From IMG/VR virus record IMGVR_UViG_3300026549_000030, positions 64,001-128,000 of that record: 64,000 nt of DNA; one strand, written 5' to 3'. Origin of the DNA: a virus. Taxonomy: Duplodnaviria > Caudoviricetes. Shown here one piece after another: positions 10,207-20,406 of this stretch; the first letter of the stretch is position 1; each line of letters starts with the position of its first letter. A program made the translations under genes and the position numbers. The notes beneath the pieces were generated by a model. It was not told the DNA's origin, did no database searches, and saw only the letters and a program-made list of their open reading frames with translations.

Positions 10207-10695
10207 TTAGAAACAAAGAATAGCGTAATCTATTACGATTGTGGCTGTTATATCAGCAAGCGCGTCATCAGAATACTGAAGTGTACCGAAGTTTACCGTG
10301 CTAGGCCACGAATTTTTCAATACCCACTTCTGAGCACAAACTCCCGTAGGGTCGAGCATTTCAAGTTCAAGATCCCTCTTGTAGCCTGCCGCATAGCCCT
10401 GACGTCCTGTTACAGACTCTGAGACGAGACGAATCCACTCCATAATTGCCTGAGAAGCGCTCGGGGCGATAGGATCGCGGAATGTCATCTGTATTGTGTC
10501 CCAAGTGTAACGTCCTGCCACCCATGTTGAGGTGTTGAGGAAGTGAATCTCGGTACTGCCCTGTGTAATAGAAGGTCTATTTGCTGACTGAAGCATCCAC
10601 TCTGAAATACCTAAATCGCTAGGGAACCTAACAACCCATCTATTTTTACGCAATGGCTCGAATTGGAGCGGCATTTTGATTAGTAAATCATTCAT
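10207..10695 (-). CDS. Tail tube protein (T4 gp19-like)
   Basis: 'FEPLRKNRW', 'AGRYTWDTIQMTFRDPI', 'YKRDLELEMLDPTG...KWVLKNSWPSTVNFGTLQYS'. 162 aa, with TATTTATA upstream. Confidence 0.88.
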   Translation of the reverse strand: MNDLLIKMPLQFEPLRKNRWVVRFPSDLGISEWMLQSANRPSITQGSTEIHFLNTSTWVAGRYTWDTIQMTFRDPIAPSASQAIMEWIRLVSESVTGRQGYAAGYKRDLELEMLDPTGVCAQKWVLKNSWPSTVNFGTLQYSDDALADITATIVIDYAILCF

Positions 10696-10793
10696 ATCCC
10701 GTATATCTTTATCTTATTCTTATTTCATTTTTATTATAAATACTTTAATAATGAAAAAATAGAAAAAAATAGCAAATAAGTATAACATTATAC

Positions 10794-10826
10794 AAAAAAC
10801 TCACCCTTCTTTCGGAAGAGTGAGCT
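10794..10826 (-). terminator. Intrinsic terminator after the TonB-dependent receptor gene
   Basis: Minus strand reads ctcactcttcc-gaa-agaagggtgag followed by tttttt. Confidence 0.7.
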
Positions 10827-10851
10827 AATTGTTTGATATTTTGCAACTAAA

Positions 10852-13800
10852 TTAGTTGAAAAGATATCTTAATCCGAACTGAACCTGCCAGCACTGTGAG
10901 TTATTCACAACATAGTCATAAGACTGTGAAATGTACTCGCCCGCAGAGTTCTTAGCAATTGAGAACGTAGGCTCTCCTGCTGCGTTAACACCCTCATACT
11001 TCATGAAACGAGTGTTGTTTGAGATATCGCTGTTCTTGTAAACACCCCAATTGGAATTGAAGATATTACCGACATTAAGAACGTCGATTGAGAATTGGAA
11101 GTTATGTTGCTGTTTTCCTGTCTTGAACTTAAAGTTGTGCGCCCAACGGAAGTCGAAGCGATTAACCCAAGGTGAACGAGCGGCATAAGCCTCTGCATAT
11201 TCTCCCTTATGCTTGCTGAGGTAGCTATCCTGAGCAACATAAGCGTCGTATGCTGCTGCATATTCTGTTGCATTGTCCTTCCACTTGATATCTGAACCGT
11301 GAGGATAGATATACATAAGATCGTTGTTGATTCCGTCACCATTCATATCATTGGTATAGCAATATGAGTTTCCATAAGGACTCAAGCCAGTGTAGAAGAG
11401 GCTGAATTCCATAAGGTCAGTCAAACCGCCATATTGGAAAGGAATTGAATAGTTCACAGAAGCGATAAGCTTGTGAGGAATGACGTAACGAGAACGCTGA
11501 ACGTCTGCAAAATTAGGACTGTCAACGGTGATTAAGCCCTGCCAAGTCGAAAGAGGGTCAGAACCGGGAAGTCCGGAAACCTCCTTAGACTCGGTGAAGG
11601 TATAAGCTGCCATAAGTCTCAAATCCTTAACGGGTTCGGCATTGAGGGTAATGTTTCCAATATATCCGTAGCCCTTATTGGTATTAGTGAGATATGGAGC
11701 GTTCTTACCTGCGTTGATATAACCCTTGTCTGCAGGATAGATAAGACGGTTGTCGGCACCAACAAAGCGATTCCATTCACCTGTGTTGTCCTTAATATTG
11801 ATATTGTCAACAACTACTCCGTAAACAGTCTTGTTGAAAATTCCCTCGACAGTAACATTGAACGGGAAACTGACAGGAACTGCCCAATCAAAAGCAAGAG
11901 AAGTCTTCCAAATCTGTGGCATATGGAAATTCTCGTCAACTCCTGACATTGTTGAACCTGCGCTGTGCTTATCATCGGAAATTTCGGTAGGAAGTCCGAG
12001 CTTGCTAACAATATCGCTAACGTTCGTAATCATACCGCCGTCAAAAGCGTGGAGCTTATCGTTCTTAGAAACAAGCTGTCCATTAGCCCACGTTGACTTA
12101 TACTGAACGGAATTCTGAACAAGTCCTGCGTTAGTGGGCATATTGGTAAAGTAAACGAGAGGAAGTCTGCCTTGGAACAAACCAGTGCCACCGCGTACCT
12201 TCAAAGTCTTGTCGCCGTAAACGTCCCATACGAAGCCAACGCGAGGGGAAACCTGAACGCGGTTGTTGGGCCACTTACCTGTATCAATTTTCTTTCCGTC
12301 ACGGAAGTCGTATGCATAAATAGCATTATTTCTTGCGATATCAGCGTTGCTGAAAATCAAGTCGTCAAGACGAATACCATAGGTGAGTTTGAAGAATTCG
12401 CCAAGGTTCCACTCGTCCTGTGCATAAAGTCCAATCTGATTGAAAGTAACCTGAGCATTAGGATTGAGATTACCGTTCCAACCATATGTAACGGCGAAAG
12501 ACTCAGGTGTTCCATTCAGAACGTCCGTAATCGTAGCCTCGTCAGTCCAAGCGTAGCGATAGTATCCTGCGCCGTTACGCATATAAGCGTTATTTGCGAA
12601 CTGATGCTCATAATTTGCACCAACAACAAGCTTGTGATTACCAAGAAGAAGGGTAACATCGTCCTTTACGGTCCAAACCTTGTTATGAACACCATTGTTC
12701 CAAGTAAAGAGCTCGTAACCGAGAGACATATAAGGCTGCCAGCTGCCGGAGGCGTCCTGCTTGATAATATCAACGTGAGGGAATGCGCTCGAATTTGAAC
12801 CACGAATGTCCTCAATGTTTGAATATGTCGCAAGGAACTGATTTGAAACATTATTACTGAATCTCGCATTGTAATCAACAGACCATGAAGACACGTTATT
12901 CTCCATAGAAAACATGTTGTTTGCGAATGCCATTGACTGATTACCAACACGATAAGTACCGTTAAGACGATAGCCAGTATCGGAAGAGTTTCCATTAGGA
13001 GTATTCCAAGCTACGTTCTGTGTCTGATTGTAACGAACTGCAAGGTGATGTCCGGGGGCAATATTCCAATCAATTCTTGCAAGAAGTTTCTTATTGGATT
13101 CGTCGCCCGGGAAACTTGTGTAAGAACCCGTATCATAGCCATATTTTTCCTTCATATATGACTGTACAGCAGCCAAATCTGACGCAAGTGTACGGGAAAC
13201 ATTACCCTTTGCATCTTCACCGCCATTGTTAGCACGGTACGTAATTACCTCACCAGGCTGCTTAGTCTGCTCGTAGTTAACGAAGAAGAAAACCTTATTC
13301 TTCACAATAGGACCACCAAGTGTGAAACCGTAAACAGTTCTCGACTCTGCAGCGCGTGCGCCAAGGTCAACGCCGTTAATCTTGTTGCCACGCGTGTCCT
13401 GATTCTTAAAATAGGTGTAAACGCTACCCTTGAACGTGTTTGTACCTGACTTGGTAATAGCATTGACGCCACCACCGATAAAATTAGTCTGTCTTACGTC
13501 AAATGGTGCAATAACAACCTGAACCTCCTCAATGGCGTCCAATGAAATTGGATTACCGCCGCCCGGAAGTGCATCTGAAAGTCCGAAATTGTTGTTGAAG
13601 TTAGCGCCGTCAACAGTGAAGTTGCTTGAACGTCCGTCACCTCCTGCGAAGCTCATTCCATTCGCATAAGGGGAATACTTTGCAACGTCCTCAATTCCTC
13701 TGTTGATCATCGGAAGACTTGTAATGTCTCTTGCCGTAACGTTGGTGGATGCACCTGTTTTTTCTGAATTAAACTTCGACGTTGAGGCAACTACAATAAC

Positions 13801-14157
13801 CTCGTCAAGTGTCTCGGAGGGCCAAAGAACCGCGTCCTGTGTGTAAGCCTCTCCAAGCTTGAGAGAAACGTCCTGAAATTTTACGGTATTGCAGCCGAGG
13901 AACGAAACTGAGATTTCGTATGGATAGCCCGGGCGAGCACCTTCAATTGTATAACGCCCATCTGAGTTAACGACTGCATGATACTGCGAGCCACTCGGTG
14001 TGTGAACCGCAACTACGACGGCTCCTGTGAGCGCGTCACCATTGTTATCAACGACTTTACCGTTGATACTGGATGTCGTAACCTGCGCATAGGCGCTGAT
14101 TGACACCATCATTGTAATCGCAATAAGCGAAAGTGTTTTAAATAGTTTTTTAATCAT
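10852..14157 (-). CDS. TonB-dependent outer-membrane receptor (Oar-like, with N-terminal carboxypeptidase-regulatory-like domain)
   Basis: Sec signal peptide (…SISAYA|QVTTSS), 'GKVVD…LTGAVVVAVHTPSG', TonB-box-like 'LDEVIVVA', plug motifs 'NFTVDGANFNNNFGL' and 'GGGVNAITKSGTN', barrel motif 'YAQDEW', C-terminal 'QFGLRYLFN'. Confidence 0.92.
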   Translation of the reverse strand: MIKKLFKTLSLIAITMMVSISAYAQVTTSSINGKVVDNNGDALTGAVVVAVHTPSGSQYHAVVNSDGRYTIEGARPGYPYEISVSFLGCNTVKFQDVSLKLGEAYTQDAVLWPSETLDEVIVVASTSKFNSEKTGASTNVTARDITSLPMINRGIEDVAKYSPYANGMSFAGGDGRSSNFTVDGANFNNNFGLSDALPGGGNPISLDAIEEVQVVIAPFDVRQTNFIGGGVNAITKSGTNTFKGSVYTYFKNQDTRGNKINGVDLGARAAESRTVYGFTLGGPIVKNKVFFFVNYEQTKQPGEVITYRANNGGEDAKGNVSRTLASDLAAVQSYMKEKYGYDTGSYTSFPGDESNKKLLARIDWNIAPGHHLAVRYNQTQNVAWNTPNGNSSDTGYRLNGTYRVGNQSMAFANNMFSMENNVSSWSVDYNARFSNNVSNQFLATYSNIEDIRGSNSSAFPHVDIIKQDASGSWQPYMSLGYELFTWNNGVHNKVWTVKDDVTLLLGNHKLVVGANYEHQFANNAYMRNGAGYYRYAWTDEATITDVLNGTPESFAVTYGWNGNLNPNAQVTFNQIGLYAQDEWNLGEFFKLTYGIRLDDLIFSNADIARNNAIYAYDFRDGKKIDTGKWPNNRVQVSPRVGFVWDVYGDKTLKVRGGTGLFQGRLPLVYFTNMPTNAGLVQNSVQYKSTWANGQLVSKNDKLHAFDGGMITNVSDIVSKLGLPTEISDDKHSAGSTMSGVDENFHMPQIWKTSLAFDWAVPVSFPFNVTVEGIFNKTVYGVVVDNINIKDNTGEWNRFVGADNRLIYPADKGYINAGKNAPYLTNTNKGYGYIGNITLNAEPVKDLRLMAAYTFTESKEVSGLPGSDPLSTWQGLITVDSPNFADVQRSRYVIPHKLIASVNYSIPFQYGGLTDLMEFSLFYTGLSPYGNSYCYTNDMNGDGINNDLMYIYPHGSDIKWKDNATEYAAAYDAYVAQDSYLSKHKGEYAEAYAARSPWVNRFDFRWAHNFKFKTGKQQHNFQFSIDVLNVGNIFNSNWGVYKNSDISNNTRFMKYEGVNAAGEPTFSIAKNSAGEYISQSYDYVVNNSQCWQVQFGLRYLFN

Positions 14158-14189
14158 ATTTTTAAAATTGGTTTAAAAAAGTATCGTGT

Positions 14190-14221
14190 CAAATATACGT
14201 ATTGTCCTAATAAAAAGCAAA
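14190..14221 (-). promoter_or_regulatory. Bacteroidota sigma70-type promoter for the TonB-dependent receptor
   Basis: Minus strand TTTG (14221-14218), 20-nt spacer, TATATTTG (14197-14190); matches TTTG-N19-21-TAnnTTTG. Confidence 0.7.
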
Positions 14222-14256
14222 AACCCGAACAGTAAACCTACTATTCGGGAATTTTC

Positions 14257-15408
14257 CTATTCGATTGGAACCACTTCCTGCGAAACCTTGCCAACCTCTG
14301 AGAATGTAATATCACTCTCGGTAATATTCTCATCCATTCCGCTCTTCATAGCAAGAATCTTCGGGAGTTCACTCTTCTTATAATCGTTAATATCGTTCTC
14401 GGTAATAATTCCGTTATGAACGCAACACATTGTACCGCTGTACGTTACGTTATAAGGAGTCGGAAGCTGATTCTTGTAAACAGAAATCTTGGTAACGGTG
14501 CCATACTCGGTTTCATTACCTTTTACAGTTGCTTTAAGTTTCTTGGTACCCTGCGTAGCAACACCACCAACATGGATACCAAGACGGCAACCGTACTTGA
14601 AAGCCTCACCACCGCTGTTTGCGATTGCGGTTGCGCCACCCATACTATTCTGACTGTCCTTCCAAATCTTGTTAATAGCAATCATACCATTGGTGTACGG
14701 TGTACCAACTTCCTTAGAAGCCGCAATTCTTGTAAAGATAGGCTTAAAGGTTGCGTTGATTGCACCAGCGTCGAACATATTGTTGCCGCTCTTACTTGTG
14801 TAAGATTTCCAAGACTGAATACTTCCGATTGAATCCCAAATGAAAAGAATTGGCATTGGAATATTGCCGTTATGCTGTTCGTCAAGGAATGTATTGATAA
14901 TATAACCAATATCTTCAATAACAGCCACGTCTCGCTTGTTCTTTGTCTTTTCACCCTTGGAATAATCCATATCGCCACAGAATTCGCACATTTTAGTAGG
15001 GGTAAAGAGAACATAATCTCCTTCCCAGTCAACGATTCCATATTCGCCTGTTTCAGGATCGTTTCCGTAAACGGGTTCGATATCCATTCCACAATCCTTT
15101 GCATATTGGAAATCGAAATTTCCCTCTGTCTCGAAAATAACAGGGAGAATACCCTGCTTCATAGCCGCAGCAATCGCGAGGTTCTTAAGCGTTGACTTAC
15201 CTGTGTTCGTCCAACCTCTTACTACACTCGTTCTTCCGAGAGGAAATCCGGGAAGTTTCGTTGCTTCCTGAAACGCCTTGGGCATAATAACCCATTCGAG
15301 TTCCTTATCGGCAACCTTTCCTACCTTTTCTCCGAGGAAATTTGCCTTAAAATCCTTCACGCTGAATGAAGGGACTTCTTTTTTCTTTAATGGTTGTTTA
15401 GCTGCCAT
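14257..15408 (-). CDS. recA: RecA/UvsX-like recombinase
   Basis: Walker A 'GWTNTGKST', 'IFETEGNFD', Walker B 'FIWDSIGS', 'SGGEAFKY', 'KNQL'. Confidence 0.8.
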   Translation of the reverse strand: MAAKQPLKKKEVPSFSVKDFKANFLGEKVGKVADKELEWVIMPKAFQEATKLPGFPLGRTSVVRGWTNTGKSTLKNLAIAAAMKQGILPVIFETEGNFDFQYAKDCGMDIEPVYGNDPETGEYGIVDWEGDYVLFTPTKMCEFCGDMDYSKGEKTKNKRDVAVIEDIGYIINTFLDEQHNGNIPMPILFIWDSIGSIQSWKSYTSKSGNNMFDAGAINATFKPIFTRIAASKEVGTPYTNGMIAINKIWKDSQNSMGGATAIANSGGEAFKYGCRLGIHVGGVATQGTKKLKATVKGNETEYGTVTKISVYKNQLPTPYNVTYSGTMCCVHNGIITENDINDYKKSELPKILAMKSGMDENITESDITFSEVGKVSQEVVPIE

Positions 15409-15458
15409 ATTTATTTCTTATTAAAATGTTAATTATTCTTCATTAAACCGCATCTGTA

Positions 15459-16058
15459 TTAGTCAATAATCTCATCAATGACACCGAGTTCAAGCGCGGT
15501 TTCAGCGTCCATGAACCAATCCTTTTTGCACTTGACTACTTCGTCGAGCATTTCTCTTGTAATTTTTGTTCTGGAAAGGATTATGTCATCTATTTTATCT
15601 CTCAGCCTCTTCCATTCTTCTGTAGATTCTTTTATGTCTTCCAATTTTCCGATTTTGAACCCCGAAATGTCGTGATAGAGATATGTTGAATTTTTGGAGC
15701 CGTACCGTTTTGTCCCTGCCTGCAGTGCGAATATTCCACAAGACATTGCTTTTCCGACTACTTTAATGTTGACAGTATATTTTCTTGTAAGGGACTTGAT
15801 TAAATCATAAATTGCAAGTCCATCATACACGACGCCGCCATAAGTGGAAAGATAAATGTTTATTTCAGGCAGTTTGAAATCAGACGCATATATTCCCGCG
15901 CTTTCTAAAATAGTCTTGTTATTCCTGATAATTTTTTCGTCTCTCTGTTTTATTTCACAGATATCCTTTTCCAATTTTTCAAGCGTACTTTCTTCAATAT
16001 CACCGGTGAAATAAATGTCATGGCTTTCATCGAAAAGACTTTTAATCGTTGTCTCCAT
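15459..16058 (-). CDS. ClpP-like serine protease
   Basis: 'YLSTYGGVVYDGLAIYD', nucleophile 'AMSCG', His in 'YLYHD', 'DWFMDAETALELGVIDEI'. Confidence 0.88.
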   Translation of the reverse strand: METTIKSLFDESHDIYFTGDIEESTLEKLEKDICEIKQRDEKIIRNNKTILESAGIYASDFKLPEINIYLSTYGGVVYDGLAIYDLIKSLTRKYTVNIKVVGKAMSCGIFALQAGTKRYGSKNSTYLYHDISGFKIGKLEDIKESTEEWKRLRDKIDDIILSRTKITREMLDEVVKCKKDWFMDAETALELGVIDEIID

Positions 16059-16641
16059 TGTTTCCTTTGCTTTTTAAAAATTTCATTCTGCCATACTCCT
16101 TTCGGCTTACAGACTTGTAATTGTCTTCTGCTCCAACCTGTATCTGTTCGCCGCTTGTTACAATATTCCCGTTTTGATCAATCCTCGCATTGAAAATATT
16201 TTTATTTCCGTCCTCGCATTGGGATTTTATTTCTTCAAACGTGTCGGCGATTTCGAAAAGACGCCGGCTACCCGGAAACAGATGTGTCTGGAAATCTGTT
16301 CTAAGCCCATAACATATCACATTGATATCGAATTCATCGACGAGCAATGCTAACTCATCTACTTGTTTTTCCGTTAAAAACTGAGCCTCATCCACAAGAA
16401 GCCACTTAACATCAGTATTCGCCAAATCTATCTTTTCGAAAAAAGATTCTTCCGGAGTTATGGTGCAGCATTCCTTATCACCAAGTGGACGACTATGGAT
16501 AACACCCTTGTCACGCGTATCTACGCTACTCTTAAAAATAACGTATGGTATTCCGCGTTCCTCGAAATTATATGCTTTAGCGAGCAAGAGCATACTCTTG
16601 CCCGCATTCATGCACCCGTAGTTGAATATCAGCTTACACAT
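16042..16641 (-). CDS. tdk: Thymidine kinase
   Basis: 'YGCMNAGKS', 'LVDEAQFL', 'YGLRTDF', 'GAEDNYKSVSR'. Start taken at MCKLIF (16641). Confidence 0.93.
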   Translation of the reverse strand: MCKLIFNYGCMNAGKSMLLLAKAYNFEERGIPYVIFKSSVDTRDKGVIHSRPLGDKECCTITPEESFFEKIDLANTDVKWLLVDEAQFLTEKQVDELALLVDEFDINVICYGLRTDFQTHLFPGSRRLFEIADTFEEIKSQCEDGNKNIFNARIDQNGNIVTSGEQIQVGAEDNYKSVSRKEYGRMKFLKSKGNNGDND

Positions 16642-16642
16642 A

Positions 16643-17728
16643 TTAGAACGGTAACTCCTCTGTTTCATCTGGTTCCGTGTCATCCTCAGCAGCGGAAAGT
16701 GCCTTCTGCTTTGCAGCTTCGATAGCCTTATCAGCCCTCTTCTCAGCTTCTTGCTTCTGCTCTTCCCTCTTCTCTTGATCTTCTGAGTTCTTTATCTTTG
16801 GAATCCATTTCTTATTTTCCTTATCGTAGAACGGAACGCCACCATCAATAATGATTGACAGATAGTCGTAAGGCTTCGCAACGAATACATCGCTCCATAC
16901 CTTATCGTCGTTAATCCACTTGTCGATAAGTTCCGGGTCCGGTGAAAGCGGTTTATTCTTACCGTAGTCAACGATAGAAATGCTAGTCTTGTCGGTAGGA
17001 CGCCCTTCCTTATCGTAAACACGCGAAATCGTAACCTTTAAGTCGCGTCCATTCTCCACGTCAAGAATGTTCTCGGGTTCGAAGCCATCAGGAAGTTCTC
17101 CATTATTGTCAGCCTTGGCCTCATCGATACTTTCCTGCCACCTGTCCTTGAAGAGTTTTTTGATAAGGTTCTTCGGGTCCTTGAAGTCACTGCGGACTGT
17201 TACCTTCCAGAACTTAGGACCGTCGTCCTCCGCACCGCGCTCAATGCAACGCATAACGCAAACCTCTGAGGGCTTGTTTGCAAGTGAAATTTTCTTCCAC
17301 CTGTCAGCCTCGAGCCTACACTTACTTTCCTCTGAAAGCTCCCCTTTCTTCTTTGCTTCCTCTGCCTTGTTCGTCCACTCCTTCATATTTTCATATGCTA
17401 TGTGGTTGAGTTCGCAGAACGGGCACTTCTCGCCGAGAGTCTCGTGATCAATATCCTCAGTTCTGTTAAGACATACGTAAGACTTCCAAGGTGTCTTCGG
17501 AGAAACCTCGGGACTAACCTGCACGGTGTGCATCCATACTGTCTTGAATGGTGAATTTGAATCCTTGTCGATTGGGAGGAGGCGTATTCTTAGCTCTTTA
17601 GAATCCTGCCCTTTTGCAAGTTTAACGTTTAGATAGTTTTTTTCGCTAAAGGCATTTGTCTGCCTTGGCACTCTCGCTTCGTCTTCCAACGCGTCTGGAG
17701 AGATGTTTTGATGCTTGTAATCAGCCAT
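16643..17728 (-). CDS. Single-stranded DNA-binding protein (gp32-like)
   Basis: 'IRLLP', zinc-binding 'H..C…CPFC', 'GRDLKVT', acidic tail ending 'EELPF'. Confidence 0.8.
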   Translation of the reverse strand: MADYKHQNISPDALEDEARVPRQTNAFSEKNYLNVKLAKGQDSKELRIRLLPIDKDSNSPFKTVWMHTVQVSPEVSPKTPWKSYVCLNRTEDIDHETLGEKCPFCELNHIAYENMKEWTNKAEEAKKKGELSEESKCRLEADRWKKISLANKPSEVCVMRCIERGAEDDGPKFWKVTVRSDFKDPKNLIKKLFKDRWQESIDEAKADNNGELPDGFEPENILDVENGRDLKVTISRVYDKEGRPTDKTSISIVDYGKNKPLSPDPELIDKWINDDKVWSDVFVAKPYDYLSIIIDGGVPFYDKENKKWIPKIKNSEDQEKREEQKQEAEKRADKAIEAAKQKALSAAEDDTEPDETEELPF

Positions 17729-17838
17729 AATAGTTATAAAATTTTGATAAGTTATTTTTAAATTTACCTACGTTCCAAATATACAAAATATATGCGAAAT
17801 TTTTATTATCGGTCAAATTTTTCATACTACTATAAATA

Positions 17839-17869
17839 CAAAAAGCAGCCCAATATCGGACTGCTTTTC
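17839..17869 (-). terminator. Intrinsic terminator closing the DGR operon
   Basis: aaaagcagcc-caatatc-ggactgctttt stem, followed by a T-tract on the minus strand. Confidence 0.6.
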
Positions 17870-17910
17870 GCGAAATATTTTCATTTTCTTGGGAGCAATA
17901 TGAGGAATTG

Positions 17911-18459
17911 CTATTCAAATTTATACTTGTTCCAATCTATACTATCCTTCTTGTTCCATCCTTCTTGGAGACAAGTTGTTATATATCCAAGGCATTTATA
18001 GTAGAAATCCGTGAATTCTGCCATATCCGTAAAATCATGGTATTGAGGATTGCTCATTTCGCCGAATTTTAGACGGAACGGCAATGATGCGCCGTTCGTT
18101 TGATATGCCAAATCATATGCCGCTTTATAATTAAACTGGTTTTCTGCTGATAGATATACATTGATGCTTTCCCCACTTGCAGAAGTCCATGCGAACCCTG
18201 TCAAAATTTTGTTGTCTGTTTCGCTATTTAAGTATTCAAGTATCATGGCTTCAATCTCATGCAATTCAGGTTTTATTTTGAATGTTTCCTGCATCCATGA
18301 TGCGAACACTTCATCTTCCTCGTATTGTCCTGTTGGGTTTCCTTCGCTATCAAATATCTCTTTCATGATTGGTTGATAGTCCCATTCTACAACATATAGT
18401 TTGTTGTTGTAGTTCGAGGTTTCTTTATAGTCCTCTTTTTTTCCTACGTTCCTAAACAT
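17911..18459 (-). CDS. Putative tail-fibre-associated protein (DUF4376-like)
   Basis: 'ILTGFAW…VYLSAENQFNYKAAYDLA…GW.KKDSIDW' resembles small proteins found next to Bacteroidota phage fibre genes. Its start overlaps the RT stop. Confidence 0.5.
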   Translation of the reverse strand: MFRNVGKKEDYKETSNYNNKLYVVEWDYQPIMKEIFDSEGNPTGQYEEDEVFASWMQETFKIKPELHEIEAMILEYLNSETDNKILTGFAWTSASGESINVYLSAENQFNYKAAYDLAYQTNGASLPFRLKFGEMSNPQYHDFTDMAEFTDFYYKCLGYITTCLQEGWNKKDSIDWNKYKFE

Positions 18460-19663
18460 TGCTTATACATTTATCCTTTAAAACAACTGCCTTTCTGTAG
18501 TTTGGAAGAAAATGAAAATATTCCCTTATTGTTTCTTTTTCGAACGTTTTGTTCATTATTTTCCAACATTTAAACTTTCCAAGATAGCCACAATATGAAT
18601 TGATGGTATTTCTATATCGTTTAATATCTACTTTTGACACATTTCCTTTATAAATATCCAATTCAATTAATTTTATCTTCTTTTTGAAAGATTTTATTGC
18701 TCTGTTCGACGGATATCTTCTATATGGCTTAATACATGCGCCAAGAAATTTGAAATTCTGTGTCAGTTTGAATACATGTGTCTTCTTCATATTTAATTTT
18801 AAACCGAGTTCTTTGCTAAGGAAATCAGATATAATTTTAATAAGCGAATTCAGATATTCTTTGTCAGTATGAAGAATGAACGCATCGTCCACGTATCTTC
18901 CGTAATGCTTGATTTTCAACACGCGTTTTATGTATTGATCCAGTACATTAAGGTAGATGTTACTAAACATTTGGCTCATTAAATCTCCAATTATTAGGCC
19001 GATTCCGTCAGGTGTATAAAACAATGATTTTTCCTTTGGAAGATTATCCCAACGGTGGCGACTGCCAATTATCTTACAATTCTCAAGCGGCTGTCTTGTG
19101 AGAATGGTTTCGAGAAGATAATATATAAGATTGAAATCAATAACATCATCCAATAAGTTTCCGTTTATTGTTCTGTAACGGAATTTTTCAAGTTCGCTTT
19201 TAACAATGTTCAGAAAACGTGAACGGTTGATACTCATGAAATATCCCGATATATCAATCGTCAATCCGTATGCACTGAGAGTATAATTGTTGGTGACCGA
19301 ACGTATATGATGCTCAGCACGTTCTATTCCGAAAAGTGTTCCTTTATATTTACGGCAAGAATATGAATCGTATATGAACGTCCGTTCAAAAATCTGAGAA
19401 ATTTGGTTAAATATGAAATGGCTAACAACTCTGTCCCTAAACGCAGGGGCGAAAATTTCGCGTTTTACTGGCTCTTCAATTATAAAACAAACAAGGGGAG
19501 AAGGTTTGTAAATTCTTTTCAGAAGTTCCTCTCGTAAATCCCATATATTGCTTTCAAGGTTTAATTCAAATTGAAGTTGAGATGGATTGTTCCGTTCGTT
19601 TTTGCGGGCAGCAAGGTATGCTTTCATAAGTGCGTCATATAACGCATCTCTTTCTATTGTCAT
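18452..19663 (-). CDS. DGR reverse transcriptase
   Basis: 'KREIFAPAFRDRVV', 'DSYSCRKYKGT', 'DISGYFMSI', 'GLIIGDLMSQMFSNIYL', 'YGRYVDD', 'FLG'. Confidence 0.96.
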   Translation of the reverse strand: MTIERDALYDALMKAYLAARKNERNNPSQLQFELNLESNIWDLREELLKRIYKPSPLVCFIIEEPVKREIFAPAFRDRVVSHFIFNQISQIFERTFIYDSYSCRKYKGTLFGIERAEHHIRSVTNNYTLSAYGLTIDISGYFMSINRSRFLNIVKSELEKFRYRTINGNLLDDVIDFNLIYYLLETILTRQPLENCKIIGSRHRWDNLPKEKSLFYTPDGIGLIIGDLMSQMFSNIYLNVLDQYIKRVLKIKHYGRYVDDAFILHTDKEYLNSLIKIISDFLSKELGLKLNMKKTHVFKLTQNFKFLGACIKPYRRYPSNRAIKSFKKKIKLIELDIYKGNVSKVDIKRYRNTINSYCGYLGKFKCWKIMNKTFEKETIREYFHFLPNYRKAVVLKDKCISNV

Positions 19664-19694
19664 AACGGTATTGTGTGCAGGTATTAAGTGCTGA

Positions 19695-19880
19695 GGGCGG
19701 GCAACTGGGCGAACCGAGAAGCCGTTTGCACGGTTGTTGTTGTTCTGCGGGTTAACATCTTCTGAATTGAAGTTGAGGTTATACGCGTTGTTCTGCGAGT
19801 TCGAAGACGCGAGCCAATAGTTGCCGTTACTTCCTATGCCGTTTATGCCACCGCTTCCGTTGTTGCGGTTCCCTGCGGCT
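19695..19880 (-). repeat. DGR template repeat (TR)
   Basis: AAC-rich 186-bp copy of the target 3' end. All 12 mismatches to VR are at A on the coding strand. Confidence 0.97.
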
Positions 19881-20061
19881 GTCGGTTTTATGAACAGTCA
19901 CTCACTGAATGTGGAAATGAACAAATATGAGCAAATCCGCAGACTTCATTTTCAACCTAATGAAAACTTCTTAATAACTTGCCAATGGCAAGCGGACTGT
20001 TTGAACTTAATCGCACGCTCCAATAGACGTGACTATATGGATTCAGGCTATGTCCTGCACA

Positions 20062-20406
20062 CTAACCGCTATGTTTCTTATTCCATCCTTTTAATTGTCT
20101 TAATACTGCCTCGGAGTTATCTGATAAACGCGAAAACCCCTTTTCCGTCAGAAGGTGTAATTCATAAAGATTTCTGAATGTTATTTGTATCCGTTCCATT
20201 TTTTCAATGGCTGGCTTAAGGAAATCGGACTTAATTTCCGCATCGTTGGCAAATGCAATGGATGTCATTATCCCTTCAATTGTTTTCATAATAGGAAGCA
20301 CGTGCACATACCTATCATCACGCGGCATTTTACCCGTGTTCGTTTTCAAACTCTCGTAGAGTTTACGCGAAGCATCATATACATTCAGGCAATAGTACTT
20401 TCCCAT
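20062..20406 (-). CDS. avd: DGR accessory variability determinant (Avd-like four-helix bundle)
   Basis: 114 aa, basic and helical: 'LNVYDASRKL', 'MPRDDRY', 'RQLKGW'. Lies between target and TR. Confidence 0.85.
   Translation of the reverse strand: MGKYYCLNVYDASRKLYESLKTNTGKMPRDDRYVHVLPIMKTIEGIMTSIAFANDAEIKSDFLKPAIEKMERIQITFRNLYELHLLTEKGFSRLSDNSEAVLRQLKGWNKKHSG

Noticed and set aside
18452-19663. RT as a group II intron maturase or retron
   Set aside because: The adjacent Avd and an adenine-specific TR/VR pair identify it as a DGR RT.
19821-20177. 118-aa plus-strand ORF over the TR
   Set aside because: It is an antisense shadow of TR and avd with no protein-like motifs. The same applies to most short nested or antisense ORFs in the track.
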